A stretch of 64,000 nt of DNA from an uncultured Planctomycetaceae bacterium (lineage in GTDB: Bacteria; Planctomycetota; Planctomycetia; Planctomycetales; Planctomycetaceae). Made by a program: the position numbers and the translations under genes. Of this stretch, positions 52,817 to 63,502 are shown piece after piece (the first letter of the stretch is position 1; every line of letters begins with the position of its first letter). Under the pieces are notes generated by a model. The model did no database searches. It saw only the letters and a program-made list of their open reading frames with translations, and was not told the DNA's origin. Where the stretch lies: assembly GCA_963813715.1 (NCBI GenBank), contig CAWFAK010000017.1:32001-96000 (forward strand), in the 5' to 3' direction.

Positions 52817-53638
52817 TCAGGCGGCCTGATCGTCCCACTCGTTCTCGTAGCGCCTCCGTTCGGCCGACTGGGCGTTGAGCGACGAGTTGAACGCGTCCTT
52901 GCCTTCGATGATCGAGCCGGCGTCGAACCGGTGGCCGAAGTAAAGGTCGCGGGCCATCTTATCGTTGAGCACGGTTTCGGCATCGCCGCTGACGACGACT
53001 TTGCCCGCGCAAATAATGTAGTTGCGGTGGGTGATCGTGAGCGTTTCGCGCTCTCGGTGGTCGGTCAGCAGAATCGAGATGCCGCTGTCACAGAGCTCGG
53101 CGATGATGTCCTGAATGCTGGCGATCGTGACCGGGTCGATGCCGGTGAACGGCTCGTCGAGCAGAATCAGCGAGGGCTTGCTAGCCAGGCAGCGGGCGAT
53201 TTCCAGCCGCCGCCGCTCGCCGCCGGAGAGCGTGGAAGCGATTTGCCGCCGTTTGTTCTGGAGCCCGAACTGATTGAGCAATCGATCGATCATCGACACT
53301 CGCTCTTTGCGGCTCAGGTCGAGATATTCCAGAATGGCTGACACGTTCTGCTCGACCGACAGCTTGCGGAAGATGCTGTTGTCCTGCGGCAGAAAGCCCA
53401 TTCCGGCCCGAGCCCGCTTGTACATCGGCCAGCGCGTGACTTCCTTGCCTCCCAGGCGGACCGTCCCCTTGGTGGGAGCGATCAGGCCGCAGGCCATGCG
53501 GAACGACGTGGTCTTGCCCGCGCCATTGGGGCCCAGCAGGCCGACGATCTCCCCCCGCTCGACGTAGAAATCGATGTCATCGACGGCCCGCTTGCCCGGG
53601 TAATCCTTCACCAGGCCTTGGCATTCCAAAAGCGCCAT
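52817..53638 (-). CDS. lptB: LPS export ABC transporter ATP-binding protein
   Basis: AGGAGG RBS; GPNGAGKTT, PMYKRAR.GMGFLPQ..SIFRKLSVEQN, LSGGERRRLEIAR, LDEPFTGIDP, TDH. Confidence 0.92.
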   Translation of the reverse strand: MALLECQGLVKDYPGKRAVDDIDFYVERGEIVGLLGPNGAGKTTSFRMACGLIAPTKGTVRLGGKEVTRWPMYKRARAGMGFLPQDNSIFRKLSVEQNVSAILEYLDLSRKERVSMIDRLLNQFGLQNKRRQIASTLSGGERRRLEIARCLASKPSLILLDEPFTGIDPVTIASIQDIIAELCDSGISILLTDHRERETLTITHRNYIICAGKVVVSGDAETVLNDKMARDLYFGHRFDAGSIIEGKDAFNSSLNAQSAERRRYENEWDDQAA

Positions 53639-53679
53639 GAGACGTCCTCCTTGACGGCCCGCCGCGCTAGGCGGCGGGT

Positions 53680-55660
53680 TCAGCGGATGCGGTGCATGCG
53701 GGCGATATCGGGGTAAAACGGGATCCGTCGCTTGGGATAGTTCCAATCGATCTCGGGATCGCCGTTCGAGTCGCGGGTGTAGTTGTAGAAGAATGGTCCG
53801 GTGAAATCGTTGTGCAAGATCGAGTCCGGGCCGTCCGGATAGCCCCGCCCGTCGTTGAGGAACGGGATGCCGTGCGGCCAATAAATGAAGAAGGCCTTGC
53901 CGACCAGGGCCTCCCGCGGCACCGCGTAGTTATGCGCCGCGTGCCGGGTGTTCCACCAGAGCCGGCTGTCTTTGCTGCGGGGGCTGTTGTCCCCCATCAT
54001 AAAGAACTCGTCCGGCCCCAACGTGAAATCGAAGGAGATGGTTTCGTACCGTTCGCCCGGACCGTGATGGCGGGAAGCCAGGCCGTTCTCGTAGGTGCGG
54101 TACCAATCGGACGGTCGGGTCTGCTCGGCGACGAGCTGGCTCTTGTCGCCGTCGAATTCCTCGATGTTTTCGTAGGACGACTCGTCGGTGTAGGGGCCGC
54201 TTCGCTGGTGGACGAAGTCGTTGCGGTAATAAACGTCCCGCTGCAACACCAGGTGGGACACGGTGGCTTCGGCCCCTTTCGCGCCGACTCCGACGGGAAT
54301 CAGAATCCTCGTCCCACGGCCGCTGGATATCCGAGCCGCCGTAGGGGCTGTAGCAGGCTCCCTGACCGAAATCGATGAGCCGATTGTCGACCCAGAGACA
54401 GAGACGATCGTCGACGTTGGCAAACGAGACGTCGTGCTGCCCGGTGCCGACGAAGCGGGTGTCCGCCTCGGCCAGCTTGTGTTCCTGGCCCGGGTCTTTT
54501 TTGTCGCGCGGCTCGGCGTAGACGAGAGCCGCCCGGCCGCTGGCCAGGTCGATGCGGCAGCGATAGACCCGCGCGCCCTCGTTGAGTTCCAGCACGACTT
54601 GGCTGTCCGGCTGCGCCTGCTGCACGTCGATCCGGCAATTGAGCGTCAGATCGCCGACCCAGTAGAAGCCCAGATCGTCGGCCGCGATGCGACCGCTGGA
54701 AAAGGCGTTATAGCCGCAGAAGTCCGTGATCAGCCGCGCCTGGGGCGTCTCCAAAGGCTGACCCTGCCCGGCCCTCCGCCAGGTCTCCTCTGTGGGAACG
54801 TAGTTGCGATAGCGGAACCATTGAAGCTCTTTGGCCCCGCGGTCGAGCGGCAAATGGAACGTGCGGGTTTGCCCGTCGGGCACCCAGCCCTGCACATCGG
54901 CCGCCCAGCCGGCGATGGCATTGGCACCGTCCCCCCGTTTGACGGCCGCCCAGCGCTCGGGCCAGCCGGCGTTCAACAGGTCGCGCTCGGGATGGTCGTT
55001 GTCGTAGACGTTCATCTGCAGCACGCGCTGCTTGTTCGGATCGTCCTTGCGGAGGATCTCCCACGCGTCTTGGTCGTTCTTGCGGTACAGATTCCCCTGA
55101 CGAATGCAGATCGTTTCGTTCGGCAGCGCGACGCACCGCTTGATGTAGTTGGTCTTGGGCTCTTCCGGATATTTGAAGACGACCACCTGCCACCGCTGGG
55201 GATCGCGGATTTCAAACGAAAACTTGTTGACCAGAATCCCGTCCCCCTTGAAGACGGGGACGTCGTAGATGTCCTTATGGTCGAGGCGATAGCGGCAATT
55301 GGGGCAAATGGCCGAGTCGATCCGGGCGCCGGGGATCACATAGTCGGTTTCGGTCTCGACCTCGTCGCTCGCGCCGATCGTGAACTCGGTGCCGCACTTG
55401 GGGCACGTGGCCGCCTTGTTGCGGCCGTAGAGCGTCGGCGCCATCGAGCCGGTGGGGATGACGAACGCCTCCGCCTCGAAGGTTTTGAACATGAAGGCCA
55501 GGATGAAGGCGACGACGATCGATTCGATCGTTTCGCGCATGGCCGTCGGGCGGGCGGTTTCGGGCGGCGCGGCGGCTTTCGAGGCGCTGGCTTTGCTCTT
55601 GGGCTCGAAGGGCCTGGCGGGTTCGGGCGACGGTCCTTTGGGTTTTGTCGTCGAGGCCAT
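53680..55660 (-). CDS. lepB: Signal peptidase I, large form with Zn-ribbon insert (frameshift ~54305)
   Basis: EAFVIPTGSMAPTL, CPKC..CPNC, ILVNK, NYIKR, FMMGDNSPRSKDSR, VGKAFFIYWP. Confidence 0.9.
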
Positions 55661-55801
55661 GAAAGACCTGGCTGCTCCGTATGTTGTCGAGTGGGGTCGG
55701 GTTCGGGGTGACTCTGGAAGTTCGTCCGCGCGGCCGAAAGCTTGGTTTTGTCGCTGGGTTCTGGCCTCGTCTCGTCGTCGCAACCCGAGATGCCGACGTC
55801 A

Positions 55802-57578
55802 CTACCGAATATATCGAATCCGGCTGAAATCAGGAACGCGAATGTAACGCGTGTACCCGCCGATGCTGATTCGGCCGGGCCGCGACGGCAGGTGCACCAC
55901 GAACGGTTTGCCGAGCAGTTGCGATTGCTTGATCGCGCCCTGCACCCAGCTCCGTCCGTCGTTGGAGACGGGGCTGTTGTCGCCCAGCACGAAGTATTCG
56001 TCCGCTCCGAGCTGGATCGGCTGGTCCGAGGCGTTCCGCCCGCCGCCCCGAGTGTAGTAAATGTCGCGATAGACCGAGAGTCTGGAGACCTCGACGGCGA
56101 CGCCGCGGGCTCCGATCCGTACGGGAACGCGGGACGGTTCGGCTTCGTCCGTTGGGCACTCCCAGGGGGCAAACAAGAGCACGCCGTTGACGGCCGCCAG
56201 TACCTGGCGATCGAACGTGGAAAACTCCAGTTGAAACGGCTGGTCCAAGGCGCCGGCCGGGCAGCGCGCGTGGCGGAGCGGCTCTCGCTGTCCGACGAGG
56301 TCCAGCTCGGCGTCCCCGCGGCGGCGATTCAACACGAGTTGAAACGTCAGCCGCCCATCGCCGATCTCGAAAACGGCATCGCCGTCGCCCGAGCCGAGGG
56401 CCACCCGGCAGTCGAGAAACAAATCGCGAACCGGCAACGAGATCAGTCCCGCGCTGGCGCGGTTGTAGCCGTAGTCGTCCGTCACGGCGGCCACGTGCGA
56501 CGCGGCCGCCAGCTCTTCGATCGCGGCTCGCGTGGCGGGTTGCGTGTTGAGGGCCAACAGCCGATCGCGCTCGGCCCGATCGACGGCGCCCGTCGCCTCC
56601 AAGCGGCGATTCGCCTGGTCGTAGCGAACTTCGGGAAAGAGGCTCACCTTCAGGTGCACCACCGGTTTGGCATCAGCGATCGGCACGGACGTGTGAAAGC
56701 GTCCGCCGCGCCGCACCCAGCGGCGAAAGGCGATCCAAACCGTGCGGTTTTGTGCGGCCGCTCGGCCCGGCGACTCGCTCGGGCTGGCTGCTGGGTGCGC
56801 GATTGTCCGCGCCTTGGCCGCCAGCTGGAGGCGCAAACGCGAAATTGTGCCCCTGCTGTGTGGCCGACCAGCCGCCGTTTTTGTCTTCGATCGTCCAGCA
56901 GCCTTGGCCGTCCGGAGGATCATTGGGCAGAAAGTCGTTGTCGTTGACCAGGATTCGCATGGCACGCTGAAGGTCCAGGTCCTTGCGGGAGATCGCGCCG
57001 TCGACGTAGATGTCGCCGTTGCGAATCTGCACCGACTCGTGGGGCAGTCCAACGACCCGCTTCACGAAGGGGGTCGGGCGGGATGGGCTTTTCAGCACCA
57101 CCACTTCCCAGCGCCGCGGCTTGCGGAACTCGTAGACATTTTTTTGGACGAGCAGCTGATCGCCGTGATTGGGGGGAACCGTGCGGATATCGATGCGATC
57201 TTCGCCGCAATTGGGGCAGCGCACCTGGCCCGGCCCGTCCCGTGACACTTCTTCGGTCGTGTCGGCGGTCGTCCCGGTTTCGTCGACGGGAATGCCGTGG
57301 GCGAACTCGTAGCCGCAGGTCGGGCAGACGACCCGCTTGTGAAAGCCCAGCAGGTGGGGCGCCATCGACCCCGTCGAGATGATGTAGCCTTCAATCTCGA
57401 ACGTGCGGAACAGGATCACCGCGATGTAGAGACACAGACCCGCGTCGATGAGCCCCCGCACGCTGCCGCGTGGCCTCTTCTTGGCACGAGGGGCGGGTGT
57501 TTCCGGCTGCGGGCTGGCTGGAGAGCGCGGCGCGGAGTCGAGCACGGTCACCGGATCAGACTTGGGCAGCGCGGCCAT
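55802..57578 (-). CDS. lepB: Second signal peptidase I, large form with Zn-ribbon insert (frameshift ~56800)
   Basis: EGYIISTGSMAP, CPTC..CPNC, GDQLLVQK, FVKRVVGLP, YFVLGDNSPVSNDGR, LGKPF. Confidence 0.88.
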
Positions 57579-57600
57579 CGCGAACCGATCCCGAGAAGCA

Positions 57601-59403
57601 TCATTCGTCGCCGCCGACTTCGAGCACAGACAGGAAGGCCTTTTGCGGAATTTCGACCTCGCCGAACTGCTTCATCCGCTTCTTGCCTTCGCGTTGCTTT
57701 TGCAGCAGCTTGCGCTTGCGGGTGATGTCGCCGCCGTAGCACTTGGCGGTGACGTTCTTGCGCAACGCGGAGATGGTTTCCCGGGCGATGACCCGCGAGC
57801 CGATGGCGGCCTGAAGCGGAATCTCGAATTGATGCTTGGAGATTTCGCCTTTGAGCCGCTTCACCAGGGCGCGGCCCCGCTTGTCGGCATTCGAGCGATG
57901 CACGATCGTCGAGAGGGCATCGACCCGATTGCCCTTCACCAAAACGTCGAGTTTGACCAGGTCGGCCGGGCGGAAGCCGATGACTTCGTAGTCCATCGTG
58001 CCGTAGCCGCGGGTCGCGCTCTTGAGCTTGTCGTACATGTCGAACACGATTTCGCCCAGCGGCAGCTCGTAAATGAGTTGTGCTCGCTTTGGGCCCAGGT
58101 ACTCCGTGCCCTTGTAGACGCCGCGCCGATCCTCGCACAGCGTCATGATAATCCCGATGCAATCGGAAGGCAGAATGAAGTTCACCCTGGCGATCGGCTC
58201 GCGGAATTCTTCGATCTGGCCGGCATCGGGCACCATCTGCGGATTATCGATGGTCATCAGCTCGCCGGTGCTGTTCAGGATCTGATAAGTGACGTTCGGC
58301 GCCGTCTGGATCAGGTCGATGTTTTGCTCGATCTCCAGCCGCTGCTGAACGATCTCCATGTGCAACAGGCCCAGGAACCCGCAGCGGAAGCCGAACCCCA
58401 GCGCATCGCTCGTTTCCGGGATGTAGGAAAAGCTGGCGTCGTTGAGGCTTAGCTTCTGCAGCTCCTCGCGCAGGTTCTCGAAGTCAGTGGCGTCGATCGG
58501 ATACATGCCGCAAAAAACCATCTGTTGCGGCAACTGATAACCGGGAAGCGCCTCCGCGGGCGGATTCTGGGGATCGCACACCGTGTCCCCGACGTGCACG
58601 GTCCCGAGTTCCTTGAGACCGGTGATGATGTAGCCCACTTGCCCCGGACCCAGCGTATCGCAGGCAACCGTGTTCGGACGGAACTGGCCCAGCTCGAGAA
58701 TCTCGTGCGAGGTGCCGGTCCGCATGAATCGCATTTTCTTGCCGGTCGTCAGCGTCCCCTCCATGACTCGCACGTAGGTCACCACGCCGCGGTAGGTGTC
58801 GTACTTGCTGTCGAATACGAGAGCTCGCAACGGAGCGGTCGGACTCCCTTTCGGAGCCGGCACCTTCTTGATGATCTCGCGGAAGACGTCTTCGATGCCG
58901 ATGCCCTGCTTCGCGCTGACCATGAGGGCTTCGGTCGCGTCCAGTCCAACGACCGTCTCGATCTCCTCGAGGATTTCGTCGATTCGCGTCACGGGCAGGT
59001 CGATCTTGTTGACGACCGGGATCACGACCAGGTTGCCGTTGATCGCCGCGAACGCATTGGCGACGGTCTGGGCCTGCACGCCTTGAAAGGCGTCGACGAG
59101 CAGCAGCGCTCCCTCGCAAGCAGCCAGGCTGCGGGAGACTTCGTAGTGAAAGTCGACGTGCCCCGGCGTGTCGATCAGGTTGAGCTCGTATTCCTGCCCG
59201 TCGAGCGTGTAGTGAATGGCCACGGCCCGGGCCTTTACCGTAATGCCGCGGTCCCGCTCGATCTCGAGGTCGTCGAGCACCTGCTCGCGAAACTCGCGCT
59301 GCGAGATCGCCCCGCTCATCAGTAAGAGCTGGTCGGCCAGCGTGCTCTTCCCGTGGTCAATGTGGGCCACGATCGAGAAGTTGCGAATGAATCGCGAATC
59401 CAT
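57601..59403 (-). CDS. lepA: Elongation factor 4 (LepA)
   Basis: IRNFSIVAHIDHGKSTL, DTPGHVDF, NKID, GFRCGFLGLLH, KCYGGDITRKRKLL. Confidence 0.97.
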   Translation of the reverse strand: MDSRFIRNFSIVAHIDHGKSTLADQLLLMSGAISQREFREQVLDDLEIERDRGITVKARAVAIHYTLDGQEYELNLIDTPGHVDFHYEVSRSLAACEGALLLVDAFQGVQAQTVANAFAAINGNLVVIPVVNKIDLPVTRIDEILEEIETVVGLDATEALMVSAKQGIGIEDVFREIIKKVPAPKGSPTAPLRALVFDSKYDTYRGVVTYVRVMEGTLTTGKKMRFMRTGTSHEILELGQFRPNTVACDTLGPGQVGYIITGLKELGTVHVGDTVCDPQNPPAEALPGYQLPQQMVFCGMYPIDATDFENLREELQKLSLNDASFSYIPETSDALGFGFRCGFLGLLHMEIVQQRLEIEQNIDLIQTAPNVTYQILNSTGELMTIDNPQMVPDAGQIEEFREPIARVNFILPSDCIGIIMTLCEDRRGVYKGTEYLGPKRAQLIYELPLGEIVFDMYDKLKSATRGYGTMDYEVIGFRPADLVKLDVLVKGNRVDALSTIVHRSNADKRGRALVKRLKGEISKHQFEIPLQAAIGSRVIARETISALRKNVTAKCYGGDITRKRKLLQKQREGKKRMKQFGEVEIPQKAFLSVLEVGGDE

Positions 59404-59883
59404 GGTCAGTCTGTCGGTTTCGGTCTTAGGAGGACGATGATGCGTCCGGGGCTCGGTTCGAGCCGTTGGCCGGTTGCTGCGTGGCGAGTCCACCCGGACA
59501 CCTTGTCCGCCGGTCCCCCATTAGCGGCAACCGCGGATGTTCCCCGCAACCCCTTGAGGCGCCCGCAGATCAAACTTATTCGGTTACCTGGCGCACACCG
59601 GGGGCGAAGGCAGCGTGCCGGGGATCAAAGCGCGAGAATAATATCGCCTGGCCGCCCACTGGTCGAGTCGGAAATGCCGGTGCGGCCGGGGCGACGAAGC
59701 CGCTTAACAAATTGTAGCGGCTGTGGTTGCGTTGACGAGAGTCGAGCCGTAGGTTGGGGAAAAAAGCCCCGCACGGACTCACCGGGCGAACGCACTCCCA
59801 AGCGGGCGCCCCACCGCCCGACAAGCCCGAATCGCGGGTCCAGGCGCGAAACCGCGGACGAACGCCAAACGAGAGGCTCGATC

Positions 59884-60240
59884 ATGCCCTTCATCGATAT
59901 CAAGGAGATTCCCCCCATCGAGGCCGTGCCCGGGTGCCGCATGCGCACCCCGTACGGCACACACCTGATGCTCTCGTACCTCGAGATGGACGAGGGGGCC
60001 GTGGTGCCCTTGCACAACCATCCGCACGAGCAAGGGGGGATGCTGCTCAAGGGCAAGATCGAGCTGACGATCGGCGGCGAGACGCGGGTCTGCGAGGCCG
60101 GCTCGATGTTTCTGATCCCGCCCAACACGCCGCATAAAGCGGTGGCCGTCGGCGGGCCGGCCGTCGTGCTCGACGTCTTCAGCCCCGTCCGCGAAGACTA
60201 CGCGGCGATGTACAACAAATACATCCCTCAGGCTGAGTAG
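59884..60240 (+). CDS. Cupin domain-containing protein
   Basis: VPLHNHPHEQ.G..L.G, IPPNTPH, DVFSPVREDY. Confidence 0.9.
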   Translation: MPFIDIKEIPPIEAVPGCRMRTPYGTHLMLSYLEMDEGAVVPLHNHPHEQGGMLLKGKIELTIGGETRVCEAGSMFLIPPNTPHKAVAVGGPAVVLDVFSPVREDYAAMYNKYIPQAE

Positions 60241-60281
60241 GACGCGAGCGACGCGAGGAACGATGCAGTCCGCGCGGCCGA

Positions 60282-61008
60282 CTATTCGGCCGTGATCTGC
60301 ACCAGGTCCATCAGCACCTTGTGCCCCGACTCGACCGATTGCCGGCGAATGAGGCGGAGACGCGCGTCGTACCAGAGGTGGACGTCGACGTCGCCTCCCA
60401 CGTGGTAGTGCACGCAGGGCTTTTGCTCGCCGTTGATTTCCATCGTCTCGTCGCCCACGCGTTGCAGTTGCCCCAACACGCGGCCCCCTTTGTCGGCGTC
60501 CAGGATCATCACGCTCCGCGCGCCGGGGGACGATTCGGTCTGCCAGTGCTTGGGCAGCTGGTAGCAGGTGGTCGACCACAGCTCGGGCGAGTTCAGCGAC
60601 GAGCGGCCGTTGGTTTCGACCGTCAGTCCCTCGCGGCTCGCGCCGGCCGTCACGTGGTATTGCGTGCCGTTGAAGTTGGCCGTGCGGTCCATCTGCAGCA
60701 GGCGGCCGTCGTTGAAGAGGGCCGTGCCCCACGAACTAAAGCGGTACTTGTAGACGTAGTAGTTGAACAGCAGGCCCGCGTTGCCCTCCACGAGGTCGTT
60801 GCCGTCCTCGCGGTGATGAATCTGCATCGTGCACTGACCGCGCTCGGTGCCGTCGACCGAGATGCGAAAGACGCGCGTCTCCCGCTCGACTTCTCGGGGC
60901 TCCCGGCCGGCGGCCCGAAGGCCGCAGGCAGACGACGCTCACGACGCACAGGCAAACTGAAAATCGAAACGTCGCCTGTCGCAGGCTGGCAAAAGAAACG
61001 GGCCGCAT
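60282..61008 (-). CDS. DUF6134-like exported protein (frameshift ~60920)
   Basis: AGGAG RBS, signal-like FSVCLCVVSVVCL; RVFRISVDG..RG; WSTTCYQLP, LDADKG, LWYD..RLIR. Confidence 0.6.
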
Positions 61009-61266
61009 CGGTGCACTCCTTGCCCTGCTCACTGCCCTGACACATCCGGAAGGTCGCACGCGCGAAAAAGCGGCCAATGGCCAAGCCGTCCGGGGCCCGC
61101 GATCGCGACCGGTGCCGCGGTTTGGCAACGCGGCGTAATCAGTATCGGTTGGGACTGGCGATGGGCTTGCCGGTTAAAAATTCCAACGGCGAACCGACCT
61201 GGGTAAGGCCGGAAGACTTTGCCGACGGTCCGCTTGAGCGGCTGGGCACCCGCGCCGGCCGGTTCT

Positions 61267-62451
61267 TTAGTCGAAATGATCGCCCCGCGCCAAGGAGGAC
61301 AAATCGACGCCAGGCAGATCGCGAATTCCCGGCGTTCGCGGCATCCAGGCGCTCGTCTGCCAGTTGTCAGCCGTCTGGCGCTCGGGAAAAAAGCGGGGCA
61401 GCGTGAACGAAAGATACTGTCCCAAGCCGTTGACGAACGGCTCGTACATGCCGCGGAGCTCGCGAAGACGCGACTCCATCGCGGTGACATCGACCGAACT
61501 GGCTAACTCCGTTTCCGGAGATAACACGCCGCCCGCCGCCTTCAGCCGCTCGACCAGCTCGCGATAACCTTCCGGCGGCAGGCGATTTTGGGCCGGCTCT
61601 TGCGGCTGAATCTTGAACACGAGGCACAAGTCGACGGCGGCGTGCCGCGCCATCGCGAAGGTCAACCGGGCCTGGTAGACGTCCCGCCCGCCGCCGCCAC
61701 AGATCGCCAGGGCCGACGTATCGAGCACGACCGTGAGCGCGGCAAGCCACGACTGGTTGTCGTGCTGGGAGCGGTAGAGGGCAAGCACAGGGAACGACAG
61801 ACACTTCTCGAGCAATTCGGCACACCAGACCTCCCACTGCAGGAAGTATGAAATGATGACCTCCGGCCGTCGCCCGGGCTGGCTGCGGACGAGCACTTGT
61901 TCGGCCGTCGGCGGCGAACCGCCCCGCGCGTCGAGGAGCGAAATCATCGTCTCGCGCTGCGAGAAGGCTTGGGCAAGAATCGGGTGATAGCTAAGCACGA
62001 GGGCTAGAAAGCCAAAACCGATTCCGGCCTCGAAGACCGCCAGGAATCGGCCGACACCATCCACCGGCGACAAATCGCCGTACCCGACGGTGAAGAACGT
62101 CACACCACTGAAATAGGTGTACGAGATCGCGCTCCGCGCGGGGTTGGCAACGGCCATCTGGGTTTGAAGGGCCCAATGCAACAGGGCGAACGCCAAAATC
62201 ATGCCGCCGGCCCAGGCGGCAAACATGATTAAGAACGAGAGCGGTGCGAAGATGCTCAAAAAAGATTCGCGCCGTCGCGGCGAGGCGAACATCCGGCCGA
62301 CGGCTTTCCAAACCGGCCACGTGACCTGGTAGAACAAGCGGATCAACCGGTACGCATGCGTGACCCGCCGCGGCAACAGCACGGCCTCGAACGCGTCGAC
62401 GAGAATCAAGCCGATCGTCGCGATTCCGAGGAGTCCGGCCAAAAATCGCAT
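61267..62451 (-). CDS. Potassium channel family protein (Ion_trans_2)
   Basis: YFSGVTFFTVGYGD selectivity filter; TM helices; FPVLALYRSQHDNQSW C-terminal domain. Confidence 0.88.
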   Translation of the reverse strand: MRFLAGLLGIATIGLILVDAFEAVLLPRRVTHAYRLIRLFYQVTWPVWKAVGRMFASPRRRESFLSIFAPLSFLIMFAAWAGGMILAFALLHWALQTQMAVANPARSAISYTYFSGVTFFTVGYGDLSPVDGVGRFLAVFEAGIGFGFLALVLSYHPILAQAFSQRETMISLLDARGGSPPTAEQVLVRSQPGRRPEVIISYFLQWEVWCAELLEKCLSFPVLALYRSQHDNQSWLAALTVVLDTSALAICGGGGRDVYQARLTFAMARHAAVDLCLVFKIQPQEPAQNRLPPEGYRELVERLKAAGGVLSPETELASSVDVTAMESRLRELRGMYEPFVNGLGQYLSFTLPRFFPERQTADNWQTSAWMPRTPGIRDLPGVDLSSLARGDHFD

Positions 62452-62546
62452 GGAAGTCTCCGCTGGTGTAAATCGCGGCCTGCTCGCCAACGACGACGAC
62501 GCGTGGCGCACGTTCATTGCCGCTCCGGCGCGATCACCACGGTACA

Positions 62547-63203
62547 TTAAGCCGGTCGCGAAAAGAAATGACGGCCGTGTCGCGCGTGAGCCGTCGCCCG
62601 CGTCGCCGAAAGAGATCGGAGCGGCTGGGCTTGCCACCGCGCCGCGCGTTGGTTCAGCTGCCGGAGCGATCGTCGGTCGCGTAGCGTTCCGGCGGCTGCG
62701 GCGAGGGCGGGCTGAACGTGTGAAATACAGCCGACCATGTGGCCGAAGCACCAGTTCGCGCTTTGCAGCGGCAGACGCACGAGCGCTCGCGCCGCCAGCG
62801 TCAACGAAAAGTGCTCGACGGGGGCCAGTTCAAACTGCGTCAGGGAGACGTAGAAACCGGCGGCTTGGGCCGGCGGGCCGGTTTCGGCGGCACAGACCGC
62901 ATAGATGCGGCCATCGAATGCCATCCGCCCGGTGTCCATCAGCGGTGCGACCCAAGCGGCGGCGTCCGCAGGGAGATACCCGAGCGGCTGCTCGTCGAGC
63001 GACGCGACAATGACCGCGTGGGGGTCGCGCTCGTTCTTCCGCTCACGCACGAGCGCAACGCGCGTGCCTGGTTCGACTAATGCCCGGCCGCTCGGCCGAT
63101 CCGCTGCTTCCTCCTGGGCAATTGGGGGTCCGTCCACTCGGACTGGTTCAAACTGAGCGACGCGGCGCCATTGAATCTTTCGTCGGCGCGCCCGCCTCAT
63201 CAT
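62547..63203 (-). CDS. HIRAN domain-containing protein
   Basis: VALVRERKNERDPHAVIV...LGYLP..AAWVAPLMD. C-terminal end uncertain. Confidence 0.7.
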   Translation of the reverse strand: MMRRARRRKIQWRRVAQFEPVRVDGPPIAQEEAADRPSGRALVEPGTRVALVRERKNERDPHAVIVASLDEQPLGYLPADAAAWVAPLMDTGRMAFDGRIYAVCAAETGPPAQAAGFYVSLTQFELAPVEHFSLTLAARALVRLPLQSANWCFGHMVGCISHVQPALAAAAGTLRDRRSLRQLNQRAARWQAQPLRSLSATRATAHARHGRHFFSRPA

Positions 63204-63502
63204 GGGTGATCCCTGAGATGTTCCCTGTGCCGAAGTCTTCCCTCTGGTTGTTTTGGCGAAACGGTCGTTGCGGCGGAAGGGCCCGCCGCAGTGAGTTGCA
63301 GATAGTGAATTCTACGCAAGGAATTGTACGCATTGCAGAAGTCGCTCTTCAGGCTTTAACGACTTTTAATCGACCGAACGCCCGCGAAACTCCGATCATA
63401 GCCCCGCGGGAAAACGATTTCCAACCGCTCTTTTTCCTTACATCGCGGATTGCCCGAGGCCTCTCGTGGTGCGTCGAGCGTTTCTCGACAGGCACACCGG
63501 CC

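Noticed and set aside
59404..59883. Structured lepA leader or ncRNA
   Set aside because: Only short GC hairpins (e.g. GGCTCG..CGAGCC); no recognisable RNA family.
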